NCBI GenBank assembly: GCA_008632985.1
Contig: QPGO01000108.1
Span: forward strand, 176,476-240,475
Length of the DNA: 64,000 nucleotides
Direction of reading: 5' to 3'
Source of the DNA: Psammoneis japonica
Taxonomy: Eukaryota
The first letter of the stretch is position 1, and every line of letters starts with the position of its first letter. This document shows, piece by piece, positions 13,116 through 25,821 of this stretch. The position numbers and the translations under genes were made by a program. The notes below the pieces were generated by a model. That model made no database searches. It saw nothing but the letters and a program-made list of their open reading frames with translations, and was not told where the DNA came from.

Positions 13116-14400
13116 ATGATTTTCGGAACTGCTTTCCTTTCGCTCCTGCTCGGCTCCTCCGTGGTTGCCGAGTCGACGCAAAGTCGGCTCCCTCGACGCT
13201 TGGGCTTGGGCTTGTTCAAGCGATGCGTCAGTGACCACGCTGGCCTTCGAACTGCTGTGGATGGAACCGGTTCAACGATTTGGGTATGTCCTCAGAATGA
13301 CATCGCATTCACTGAACAAATCATCATCAACAGGAGCGTCAACATTATGTGCAAGAAAGGCCTTCTAGGCAGCCTGTTAGGCTGGGAGTGTATCATGAAG
13401 AATGTCGCTACTCCTGCGGCAAACACCCGCCTCTTCACCATTGCCTCTGGGACTGTTCATTTCAGAGACCTTACACTTCAGGATGGCCGGTCGGATCAGG
13501 GAGGTGCCATGTTGGTTCAAAAGTCAGCAATGGCGGTGAAGACGGAGAATTGCGTCTTTAAAAACAATATGGCCGATCAGGCTGGTGATGCGGTAAGTCT
13601 CGATTGATCTCTTCAAGCTTTCTTTCCATGTATCAGAAGAACATCGAGACTAATTTACTCCCAGGCTGGCGGTGCTATGTACAGTTTTGCAGATTTTACG
13701 TCGGTTTCTGATAGATTCGAGGGAAACTTGAGCAATGACGTGAGTTTTCCCTTGGTACTGTTTGTGTGGTTTTTCACAATGAGATTCACGCGTTATTATT
13801 GCATCCACATCTGTTTATTCAGCGTGCTGGAGCCTTACGCGTTCACGGCGCGATAGCGACTCTCACAGACGCCGTTTTCTTCAACAACATGGCGGTGAGT
13901 CCTCACAGTATGAAAATATAATTTTCGCATGCCTCCATGACACTAGCTGACGCCCTTCTTGTTGATGTTGTCGTACTTTGAACAATTAAATGTTTTACTG
14001 CCTGCAATTAATAGGGCGGATCTGCCGGAGCAGCCGACGTTACAGAGGGCAAGTTGAGTTTGGTTCGTGGATCGTTCAATTGTAACACTGCAGGGGTGAG
14101 TAGAGGCGTGAACTGTGATTTGTTGCTCTTGTAACTGATTGTTTAGCTCACTATTCCGGCTTTTATGCGGCATCTCATTTGCATTTGAAGGCTCTTGATG
14201 GCAGTGATAACGTCTTTATCTGGGGGCAGTCAGTCCGTGGTAGTGAGCTAATCTGTCAGCAAAACACTGGGTTCTGCCCTACGGTTGCAAATGAAGGAAT
14301 TGTCGCGAGCGGCATTACTGCGGCGCCAGCACCCTCTCCCTGTGGCCTTCCTGATGCAGGTTTCTGTGGACCTTGTCCCGACCCTCCTAGTGGCATGTAA
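13116..14400 (+). CDS. Secreted right-handed beta-helix (pectin-lyase-like/Pmp-type GGA...FxxN repeat) protein, 5 exons
   Basis: Signal peptide MIFGTAFLSLLLGSSVVAES. Exons 13116-13592, 13665-13739, 13823-13894, 14015-14095, 14191-14400 with GT-AG introns splice in frame. Motifs GGAM..FKNNMA, AGGAM..FEGN, AGAL..FFNNMA, AGAA..FNCNTA. Confidence 0.85.
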
Positions 14401-17400
14401 TGAAGAAGTGCATGCCTGGGCATGTGATTAATGACATTTTATAATTCATGATTCCTGAACCACTTAATGCAAAAACAGAATACCTAGCACAGGCAGTTGA
14501 CGATTGACACAAGGGGTCATGAGAAGGAGGGGAAATGCATGACAATTGGTGCGGAACACGGTGCGTTTTTGCAAAAGTGCAGTAGAAATGAAAGCATGGC
14601 ACTGTCCCCTCGTGACACAGAGAGCCATGCTCATAATGTGAAACATCATTCAGTGGTGGGCTCACCTGTCCATGCATTGTGTGGCTGCAAATGAAGGGGA
14701 AAAACCAAATCTAAATTTAAAGTGCTGTCTCACTCCTTTGCCAGCTGGGCTGGCACCGGGTAACCCACACTTCCAGTGCACAGCCAAGTGCAGCAGAAGT
14801 TGAAATGGACCAGCCAGAATGGGCATCACTTTCTGGTGATGCCCCACCAAAGCAACTTGCACCATGAGCACTTTGCCTTCTTGATGCTTTCCTTTGGACA
14901 CACAGTTCAACCATGGCAACCCAATTTAGGATCCTAGAAGCAGCAAAAGTCAAATGGTTTTCAGCTGAATTCAGCAACACTTCTGCCCTTGGCTGAGTGG
15001 TCTTGTCATCTGTTGCAAATGGCTGTGAGTTCTGCTTGTGTGTGCTTGCGCTGAGATGATTTTCCAGTGTCAGCATCATGCCCATGTTCTGTTGCATTGT
15101 GTTTTCCCCACAGTTCCCACTGTGATTTCTAGGTGTGGGTGCCCATCTGCACTGCCCATGTTGGAGGAAGATGGTTTTTCTTGTGATGCTGCTCCAACAA
15201 TCCAGTTTTGTTGAGATGTGTTGCTTGAAAGGTGTTCCACAAAGTTGAATGTTGACCACCAAAAACTTGGTGCCAACCATCATTGGTCTGTTCTTGCCAT
15301 GACAGATGGAGCACAGGGAGAGTGTTGGTGTCATGCACCATCACATCTTGAAACCACATTTCCATGGACATCAACACAAACAGAAAATTGTGCAAAGGAG
15401 GCATTGTGTCAACATGGTCACAGTGCTTGCAGAAACCATGCAGAAAATTCTGCCTCCAAGCTTTGTTGTCAGGGCATCTGAGGATGTGATCTTGACCCTC
15501 CATTGGATGCTCAAATGCCAGGCAGTGATGAGGTTGCACTGGACTTCATTGGTTTGCAATCTCATTCATGGGAGAAGCTTGTGAATCAGCTTCACAGTGG
15601 ACACATGTTTTTTTTTAAATGTGCCGACAAGAGAGGCATGCGTGAACCAGTCAATCTCATTGGTGATGGACTCTTCATGCTGACTGCTCTGTTTTAGATG
15701 CACCCCAGCAATGCAGGGGCCATGGCGGCACAACAAACTGTTGACTTGGGTCCAACAGCAACTGTGCCATCCGTGACCCTGAAATGTGCCTGACAGTCAG
15801 GGAGCAGAAAAGCTTCTGTCACATCAGGTGGGTGCTGCTGGCCTTGATGCCAACATCTGCCAGTTCATCAGCTCTGATGTTCACCTTGGCATTGAGAGCC
15901 ATTGACTTGAGTCATCCAGCAGCAACTGTTCCATCTGTGAGACTGAAATGTGCCTGACAGTCAGGGAGTGGAAGAACTTTTGTTGCATCAGATGGATGCT
16001 GGCCTTGATGCCAACCCGCCACTTTGCCAGCTCTGACATTAACCTTGGCATTGAGATGGAGAGAGGCAATGGGAGCACGTCAATCTTGGCGTCTTTTTGC
16101 CTGTTCAGTGGTGGGAGCTTGACCAGGTGAGGATGAGTGGAGGAGAGATTCAAAGGTGATGGATGTCTGGAAGATTTTGTTGATGACATCTCAGTCTGAC
16201 ATTGAGACATTGGCAGCATGGTGTCAAAGGTTGAAATTGTTCTCTGCATTCTTAGAAGGATCAATGGAAGGGTGAGAGCCAGACAAACAGAGGAGAACTT
16301 CAACCAGAGCCCTGTTGTCACACCAGTTTTTGACACACCTGCATGGCAACATGCCTTGCAGAATTCAAGGAGGTGACCCACAAAACACAAAAGGGAAAGG
16401 ACACCATGTGCCTCCACATGACAGGAGGACAGCACACATCCAAATGCTGGGCTGTCTGTGACAGACCATCCAAACATGGCACTCTGATGATGCACTGATC
16501 CATTGCTGCCAGCATTGAGCCACTCTACAACAAAGAGATCAATCAGGTCATGAAGGGGTGGGTGAAAAACTGTCTTGGAAAACAAGGCCAACTTCCACAC
16601 CGGCAAGGCTTGAAGACATTCTTTGAATGAGTCAGGGAGAAAAAGGGGAAGCTCAACATTCAATTTCAATCACTGTGGGTGGAATTGCCAGTGACCCTTT
16701 GAAATCTGAGAAGATCTCTGCTGGAAACAACTCTTTGGATGGTGTTGGGAGGGTTTCAAGTTGATGCACTGAAGTCACCTTTTCATTTTGAACCAAGAAA
16801 ACATCAAATCCCAAGGGAGAGCAAACATGTGGACATGACTCAGCTGGAGACTGACATGCTGCTGCCAGCATGTGCATTCTGGAAGGTGGGGTTGGCCAAT
16901 CTCCCAAAGGAGCATGCAACCAGGTGAAGTCAGGGCAACACAGCATTTCACAGAGGCAGATCCAGGGACCCCAAGCATGGTGGCAACGTTTCTCCTGTTT
17001 GACATTGTCAAGGGTGCTGACGCTGCTTGCAAAAGTTAGATCACCACAGATCTTGGATTTGTCTGGAGCCAGTCCATTGGCAAGTGCTGTGCCTGACACT
17101 GCAAGGACCTTGATGAGGCAGAGGTGGCAGCAATTGATCCACCTCATTTCCAAGGAAGAGAAAGCTGCAGATTCCAGCACCAAATCCATCAGGCGTGGGT
17201 TGTTGTCACATTGGAGAGGCAACATGCTGGCATTCAACAGCGCCATTGTTCTGCCAATGCAGTTGAGAAAGGATCAAACAGAAGCAAACCACAGCAACTC
17301 ATTGCAAGGGTGTGGGGTGCTCACAACTTGCAAGAAACTGACACCAGCTTGTGGTTGCAATTGATTGTTGCATGCAACAGCAATGCACACAGCAGCGCAG

Positions 17401-18140
17401 GGTTGGTCATCTGCAAGCAGCTGCTGAGTTGTTGAAGTTAAGCCACACCCTGCTCTGCATCAAGGGACCAAAAACTGCCACCACCAAGAGACTGTGGGCT
17501 GCACAGCATGAGGTGCTTGGTGTTTCTGTTGCAGCCACACTTTGCAAAGACAACTTGCGCTGCACATTGTTGAATCTGCAGGAGAGCTTTGGTGGCAAAG
17601 TGAGAACCACCAAAGGACAAAAGCAGCCCATGGCAAGCAGCAGGTGCAGCAGCATCTCCAGGACTTGGATCAGTCCAGCAGAGTGGATCAAACAAACGAG
17701 GCCTTCCCATCACTCTCACTTGGAGCTGCTTCTTGAAAGTGCCTGCGGGAGAACTGCAATGGCTGAGAGTTTTGTGGGGAGCACAGGGAGACAACGAGTG
17801 CTGCACCTTGAGGTGGAGCAATCAGCACAGAAATTTTCCACACATGGGTCTTGGTTGTGTGGGTGGAGGCTGGGTTCATTGCACTCAGAGAACTCCTGTT
17901 CGGCGGTGTGGAAGGAACATTCAGGCAGCAGCTCCAGTTTGTGTCCACTTGCATGGAGAAGATCACACAAGAGCTGGCTGGGTCATGCTGCAATTTTGTG
18001 GGCAAGCTCTTCAGCATGGGGTTGAGGGAATGCATGAAAGTCGTTTGCTTGTTTGGACATGTCATCCACCACATGCCCATGGGCACAGATGTTCAGTTGA
18101 TGAGAGCCATCAGGAGATTGTTCAAAGAATGTGCCACAGG

Positions 18141-18378
18141 CAGGCTTGGGGTTTTAGGGGGGAGGGTTTCAGCAAAAAGGGGAATCCCCCAGATGAAAGA
18201 AGCGGGGGCCCAGTTTTAGGTGAGCACTGTAGAACTGTGCTCTCAGTGGCACACAGTGCGCACGTCGTCCCACAACGCATGCTGCGTGGCACATGCACAG
18301 TGACAGCAGCTCACAACCCATGTCTTCAGACAAAATGAAGTGGGCCCCCCCTGCTCCCCCCTAAAACCCTGAGCCCAG
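18141..18378. mobile_element. MITE (hAT-like) inserted in the LINE RT
   Basis: ~24-bp imperfect TIRs CAGGCTTGGGGTTTTAGGGGGGAG / CTCCCCCCTAAAACCCTGAGCCCA; 8-bp flanking direct repeat GCCACAGG (18133-18140, 18379-18386). Confidence 0.75.
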
Positions 18379-19129
18379 GCCACAGGCCTTGGAGTCAAAC
18401 ATGTCAAAATGAAAGCTGCACAAGTTGTTCCAGCAGAAAAGAGAGTTGCCACTTCCTTGGCCAGTGCTGCAGATTGGGGATTCCCGGCTGTGAGAGTGCA
18501 AGGCTTTGGACAATCCCAAGAGGGTCAGCAACCAGCAACAAGCAAGATGGGTGGTGGAGATTGTGGTTGTCACAGCAAAGGGATCCATGCCTGGACTGAC
18601 AGATGAAATTGCCATGAGCACTGGAAGACTCTGATTGCAGCAAGAGGGGCAGTTGTCATTGCTTGCAATCAGGGTCTTCTTGAAACTCTGGAGATCTTGA
18701 GCATTGACACTTCTAAAAATGCTGGAGTTTGGGCACAAAGGAAGGCATGAGTGCTGTGTGTGCCGGGTTGAAAAGACAATGTCACTCCATGCATGTTTTG
18801 CACCAAAGCTTGCCAGTTGACACTTGTCATCAGGTGAAAGTCTGCCTTGCAGATGTTGGTCACACACAGCCAAAGTGTCTTGTTGTTTCCTGGTTCCTTG
18901 AAGATCATGATGCTGACAATGTTGTGTCATCAATCAAAGGAGTGTCCCTCCTGCTTGATGGTGCAGTTCAAAAGGTTCAAGCAGATGGTCTGCAGTGTTT
19001 CCTGGATTCTGTCTGATTCCAGATGTTTGCAAGTCGGACTCCCTTGTGCGTCCTTGGCCAAAGAATGAAGATGATTCACGCACATTGCCTTCCAATGTTT
19101 AAAATGAAGACCAGACTTGACAGAAGCAG

Positions 19130-19499
19130 AGGTTGGCTCTGACCACAACTTGAATTTTCCATGGATGTCATCTGTTGTGAGGAAGTTTGACACCAAAATG
19201 GGGGTGTATCATCACAGGTGTTTGACAAGCAATGCTGCAGCTTCAGTCATGCCAAGTGTTTCACAATCACCATTGAGAATGAGCTCAGCCACAATTGTGC
19301 TGCCCTCACAACCCAGGTTGGCTCTGACCACAACTTGAATTTTCCATGGATGTCATCTGTTGTGAGGAAGTTTGACACCAAAATGGGGGTGCATCATCAC
19401 AGGTGTTTGACAAGCAATGCTGCAGCTTCAGTCATGCCAAGTGTTTCACAATCACCATTGAGAATGAGCTCAGCCACAATTGTGTTGCCCTCACAACCC
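19130..19499 (+). repeat. Near-perfect 185-bp tandem duplication within the LINE
   Basis: 19130-19314 vs 19315-19499; I see two differences, including TA (19207) vs CA (19392). Confidence 0.9.
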
Positions 19500-19860
19500 A
19501 GGTCAATTGACAGGTGAGGAGCAGCCTGAGGAGTGCCATGGGCCTGGCCAAAAGCTTTTGATTGTGGGCTTTCAAAGCAGCAGCCACATCTTCTGGGGTG
19601 TCAACAGTTGCCCCCAATCATCACATGTTTTCAGGTCAGACACAGCGTTTTCTGGAACCTGGATGTTGCCAACACTGGAGCTGTGTTTGTTTGCAAATGC
19701 ACTGACCTTGCAAAAGACTCAGGCAGTCTCTTTTGCACATCATGAGTTTCATGGGATTTTTGCTTCTTGCTTGGTCACAGTGGGGGTGCCTTCCAGGTCT
19801 AACTCGCAACTCGGCAATGCGTGCATCTTGTTCCTTTTTGTGGTGGTGCAGGCTGTCTCA

Positions 19861-20891
19861 AAAAAAAAATCCAACTTTAAGTGCCATTGCACCTTTGCCC
19901 AGCAACACCGGCGCCGGCCAACCCACACTTCCAGCACACCCCATGAGAGAGGTGCAGCAGAAGATTGTGCGATCAGTTGGTCAACGCGCCGCTTTGCAGC
20001 GATGCGCACCAGAGACAAAAGGTCAAGAAAAAATTGCACCAGAATGAGATTGTTGCTTTCTTTTGGAGAGGATTTAATGCACCCAAACTGCCACAGCAAA
20101 GGACAATCAAGTTAAGTAGAGAATTCAAAGTCAGCGCAAACTCTGAGAGAAAATCTTTGCTTCTGAGGGAGAATCTTGTCTTCAACAAAGACTGATTGAA
20201 TTTCACAATTGCATGGACCAGAACAACAGTGTGCAGTTCACTGCTCGGAACAGTGATCTTGGCAAGCCAGCAAGTGGAACAGGGGATGTTTGGGACTTGC
20301 AAGGATGAAATGGGAAGTCTTGGTGATGTGACAAGAAGGTCGTTGGAAGAAACATTGTTCTCACGTAGAATTGACACTGAATCTTGCGTAGAAAAGCCGA
20401 TCCACGCAGCAAATGGACGGTCGTCAGGTGATGCCAATGGTTTGTCCATGCAAACACTCGCAGGCACCACAACAGGGACAGCACTTTCACCAAATGAGGT
20501 GAAGGACTTGAGCAGCCAGCAAGAGCAAAAGAAATTGTTGGGGGCTTTTGGGTGTGGTGGGAAGTTGATCGCATCGGAGACGCAATGACCATCGGTGCAT
20601 GTTTCTGAAGCGCACAGAATTTGCACTGGATTCTGTGTAGAAATCGCACCGAATCCACAAAAAATTGCCAAATGAGACAACAAGCATGCGAACCACAAGG
20701 TGTCAACGCCAGTCGATTTTCCACTGAAAATCATTGCACATCATGGAGATAAAAGGGTGCACCAATGGCAGAAGGGGCCAAAAGGTTGACAGGGGACCCA
20801 GCGAAACGCCATCTGAAGAGGGCGACATCAGCACGAGAGCACACGTAGAAACACACGCAGGGGCTGCTGGTGGGTGCTTGCGCAGAAAAGT
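19861..20891. mobile_element. TIR-less long-TSD element, copy B, inserted into LINE coding sequence
   Basis: Perfect 18-bp direct repeat GTGGTGCAGGCTGTCTCA at 19843-19860 and 20892-20909. The LINE frame (...WSPETACTT|TKRNK...) rejoins when the insert is removed. Confidence 0.85.
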
Positions 20892-23800
20892 GTGGTGCAG
20901 GCTGTCTCAGGTGACCACTTTGCACTCAGTTTGAGCCCTGTGGAGAGTGTCTTGACATTCATCCCTGGCAGATGGAAGAAGAAAGGAGTCTTGAATCTTG
21001 TGGTGCTCCCACACAATCTGCTCTCCAAAATGCACTCGATTCTTGAACATGGACAAAAGGTGGGACAGAATGAACACTTTTCATGGCAGGTTGGCTGGCT
21101 TGCAGAATCAAACAGTTTCTTGATGCTGTTGGCATCATTTGGCAGTCCATGGACAAGTTTGTGTCATGTGGTGCTCCAATTGTTCTGCAAGTGAATGATC
21201 TGGGTCATCTGAGGCAAGAAGAGCAGAGCTGTGCTCCAACACATTGGCCGATGCTGGCTTCCAAATGCACTGTGGCGCATGTTTTGGGGATTTTGCTTGA
21301 AGGGTCCAGTGAGCAGAACAGGGAACATCCACTGAAGAATTGCCAAAAAGAGCAGCTCAGCAGTGTCAAAGTCCACAAAAATGTGTGTGGTGATCTGACA
21401 ACACATGATGTCCAAACTGTTTGCACCCACATTGCAAGACAGCCTGAAGAGCACCTGGAGCAGCAAAGAGACACAATTGAAATGGAGAGATTCTTGGAAC
21501 AGGTGGCAAAATCCATGTCTTGCATTTGATGAAACATGACATTGAAAAGATCAAAACAAATGGCGGTGTTCCCAGGGTCAGGGATCAGTGCCGCAGTGAA
21601 AGTTGGCATTGAAGTCCCCAAAAAGGATGACTTCACAGTTTGGTTTGTCCAAAAAAGATTCAAGAACACAAGACACATTGGCACAGAAGGCTCTCTGGGC
21701 TTCTGGTTGAGTGCAACCCTGTTGTTGCAGTGAGCTGACCTGCTGAGCACAGGCTGCAATCTTTCCAGCAGCAGAAGAGTTGTCAGCACACACTTGACAA
21801 CATGACACAAACACAACTTGTTTGCCTTGCTTCCCATCAAAAATTTGAATCGACCACCATCCCAAAGGAAAAGTTTTTTGGTGCAATGACAGAAAGCCAC
21901 CAAATTGCATGAGATGGTGGCTGTGCCACATGGCTTGCATGGAGTCATCAACAGAATGGATGGTGCAGAAAAAGCAATTCAACCATGGTTGAGAGAATTC
22001 TGTGCAACAGATCAGCAGGGTTGGGAGATCTGGGGTTGAGCAGCATCCAAACAGGTTTCAAAAATGCCAACAATGTCTGCCTGAATCTTGTTGATGACCT
22101 GACACCAGGAATTGAAGTCACCACCAATTGAGTCAAAGGAACAACCATTTGCATTGACTGCATGGAAACAAGCAAGGGGTTGCCAACTTCATTGCTTGAC
22201 TTTGGATTTCAGCAGTCTGTGGTCTGAGGTGGAAGAAAATGCTGTCTGCCATCAAGGGTGCATGAGTCCATTGCACTGAGCAGCATCTTGCAACAAAGAG
22301 AATGTTTGCACTTGCAAGAAGGTCCCCTGCTGTGCAGTGGGAGAAATGTTGGTCAAAGGGGTGTCACCCCTCATGATGAGGCTGTGCTCCCTTCAAGGGA
22401 GGGCTGGGGGATGGGCGCAACATCTGCATCATTTGCCGTGGGCAAAGGAGATGACTTGGTTTGCCCATTAAAAATGCAACTCCGCTTGGGCTGCATCCAT
22501 CACAGAAATGTCAGGGGGCTCTTCTGTGGAAGCTCTAGCAGGGGTGATGGCTGGCTGTTTCTTGTGCAAGGGGGAGGAACAAGAGTCAGACTCAGGAAGC
22601 AGAAGCTGCTCTTGGATGAAGGCTTGGAGTTTTTGGGCCAAATCATTCATTTGTGTTTGGTGCTCTTTTTGTGGGTTGGCCATGGATTGCTGATGTTGCT
22701 CCTTGGCTTCAGCCCACCAGCTGTCATTGTCCAGTCCATGCAAACAATCTCCTGTTTTAGCTCAGCCACTTTGGAGGAATGGTCAGCAAGGTTTGGGGTT
22801 GCTGCAGCAGGAGAAGGTTCATTGGGTGATGAGCCAAGGGCCTGAGCAAACATTTTGAAGTGGTGAATGCCCACGTCAGTGGGAACCAGAGGGGCTTGAC
22901 TTTGCAAAGAGGAAGCAGGCAGAGCAGCTGCACAAAATTTCTGATGTGTCCAGGGAGCTCCAGCTGCAAATGCCAGCAGAAGTGATGGAGTTTGCAGTGT
23001 CTGACATTTCATTGGAGATTCCTGAAATCATTGGGTGGGGTTGACCTTGCTTGTGCCAGCAAGGCATCCTCTGGAAGATCATTCATCATGCTTTGGGGGG
23101 TCTGATTGAGGTGTGAGCAAACTTGCTTGAGATGTGTCTTGTGCACAAGGACATTGAAATGGAAAAAAGTGGTCTTCCTCTTGGAGGGGATGACATTGTG
23201 AATGCCATCAATGAGTTTGAGCTTGGGACAAAGATGAAAATTGACAGCTTTGGTGCAGCACAACAGGGGAATCACACAAGTCTTCACCGCAAGTTTGTGT
23301 TGGTGCTGAGTGGCCTTGTTGCATGCTTCACCTTCAGGTTGAGAATGATGCCAGTGGGAAAGGATCAAGAACCTGACCAAGGATGAGTTTTCAGGATCTC
23401 CAACAAGACATTCAGCACTGGCTTTGTCATGTGAAGTTTTCAACTGAGTGAAATTCTGCCCAGATTGAGCACTTGGCAGGAAAGGAGATCTTCTGGGGAA
23501 TGAGTCTGATTGGCAATTTTGCATGATGGCTGTTCCGCACAATGGCTTGGAGTTGCTTGATGACAACATCAGCAGAGTGGCATTTGGGGAGATGCTTGGT
23601 GATTTGCAGGACACACACAAGGTCTGTGGTGGTCTCATCCCATTCATGATGCTGCACACATGTGGAGTTGTCTTTGAAAGTCTTGTTGAGACAAAAGGAA
23701 TGTCTCCAACACTCCCCAAGAGCCCAGAGATTGCTGGAGGGTGCACTGGCAGCTGTTTGTCTGTGGCAACATGCATTTTCTTGCAATGTTTGCACCAAAA

Positions 23801-25821
23801 TGATGTTGACAATGACAGAATGTTGTCATTTGGCTGGGACATTGATCTTGTCACCAAATTGCCACTCTTCTTGCTCCTGGTTTTTTGCTTTTGCTGCACA
23901 CAGTTGATGTCTCTTGTCAACAAATGGAGCCCATGGACTCAGTGAGTCAGGGCAATGACTGTCAAGAAAAGGGTTGAAGTGTCTGCTGTGGCAAAAATGA
24001 CCATGACCAACACTTGCACCAAGGTTTTGATTCAATGAATTCCTCTCTGCAGTTGTGCATGCATTTGAACACAGTGCTTCTTGGTGAAGTGTTTGTCAAG
24101 CACAATGCACGCCAATCCTCATCAATCCAGGCCCCATGGCTTGAGTTGAGAACCCAACAGTGAGCAACCAGGAGCTTGCTTGACTCCACTTCACAACATT
24201 TTCTTTCATGTGGATGAAATCAAGCCAAGCACTTGCCAATCTTGTCACTCATCCAAAGCAATTCTGGGCACCACTGCAGCTGGCCATTGATGTGCAAATT
24301 GAGCTCCCTGCTTGTTTCTTCACCACTGGAGTCTGTCACCCAAGTGCTCAACTTGGGGGTCAAGGAACTGTCAAAACAGGCAAATGCACAGACATTGCCT
24401 CATTGAAGAAATGCTGGAATGCAGCTTGTTTTGGGTGTTGTCTTTGACCAGTGCCCTCCAAAAAGACCAGCAGTCCTCCACACATTGGTTTTGGGTTTCA
24501 TCTAGAAGTGGTGTCTGTGCATCATTTTTGAGTTTTGCCAACTTCAACCTCATTGTCAAGACCAACTCCCTTCCCCTTGAAATGCCAGAAGGCCCAGTCA
24601 ATCAACGTGTGCTTGCAAAGAGCCAACACAATGACAAGCCCCCCCCCTCCTTTCCTTTTGCTGCTCCTTGATGAGATGAAGCATCAGAGATGTCTTTTGC
24701 TGGTGGATGCCAGCAGCGCACCAATTGAGCAATGTGCAAATGCTTCATGGCCAAATGCACGACATTCTTTGCACCAGCAGAGTTGTGCTTGAGGTGGTGG
24801 CCTCAAAGATCAACACCATCCCAATGGACTGTCGCAATGAACCTTGCAGTCCTGTGACATCACCACCCAACACTTTTGTGGAAATGTGCACCCCACTGCA
24901 ATCTCACCCTTTGTGATCAAGCAGTTCTTGAGGCTTGCACACTTCATGGATGTCATTGATTCTTGGTGGTTTGGGTTGCTGTTTGCTGTCAGCCATTGGC
25001 TGTCAAAAATCATTGGCGCCACTCAGTTGTTGGTGATTCCAGACTTTTTTTTGTGGATCAGTTGGTCAACCAGCCAGTCTGTGTTTGCAAAATCAGGTTG
25101 ACACAACCTGAAAATGTGTCATCATTTTCAGACCATTGTGTTTCCATTTTCTTCTGCATGACACTCCCATGTGAAATTGGTTGAGACAGCCCTGGGAACA
25201 TCTGACTGGAGTGACAATTGTGGGCACTCTGTGTTTCCCTCCAAAACAGCCCTGTCACATGCAGCAATGCTCTTGCAGTCACTGCCAGCCAGCACCAGCC
25301 AGGGACATGTGAACATCTGACCTCTGGCACCAAGGGGTTACATGGCCCTTCTGTCACAGAGCAAGACTGCACAATGGTTGCAACACTTCCCATTCCCACC
25401 TCACACAAACCTTTTCTCCAACAACAACACCTCCCCCCCCCAGCCATGGTGGCACTTTAGAAAAAGTGCTGCTTGCAAGTTTGAGTGTGTCTGGTTGAGA
25501 GCTTTGCCTGGCTCTCTTGCAAAGCCACACACGTGAAAAGTGTGCGCCACTTGCCATGTTCTGAGGGCACTGCCAAGACACAAAGCTGGGTTGTTGAGCT
25601 GTGCCACACAAGAAAGTCAAACAAAACAGGAGAGTGGTGACTGCCACTGGCATTTTGAACAGACCCTGGCCAAGCCAAGTTGTCTTCATGTGTGGTGCAC
25701 TGGCCAGATTGGTTTTGAAAGGAGCTTTGTAAAGAGTGCCGCACGGCAAAGGAGTTTGCAAATTGCAGAGGGTCAAAAAGAGAGCACCCAAATTGCTCTT
25801 GACTTTGTTGCCAAAACAAAA

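Larger units (their letters stand above)
14650..24700 (-). mobile_element. Fossil non-LTR retrotransposon (Ambal-like LINE: ORF1, APE endonuclease, RT, RNase H, CCHC), heavily mutated, with nested insertions
   Basis: Minus-strand remnants: APE GDFNAN (~21610); RT KEPGNNKTLWLCVTNICKADFHL (~18830-18900), PICSTGQGSGNS (~18450-18480), VVDD (~18065), DLLHASGHKLEL; RNase H GSNGSV..FGW..SSCHVEAHGVLS (~16400-16510); C-terminal EGQDHILRCP (~15480). Ends approximate. Confidence 0.85.

Noticed and set aside
19130..19499. 185-bp duplication as an LTR pair
   Set aside because: The copies are directly adjacent inside LINE coding sequence; a local tandem duplication or assembly artefact is more likely.
20795..20880. 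Hammerhead ribozyme in element copy B (CTGAAGAG...GAAAC)
   Set aside because: Copies A and C have CTGAGAAAGG instead of the CUGANGA core, and I could not build the three stems.
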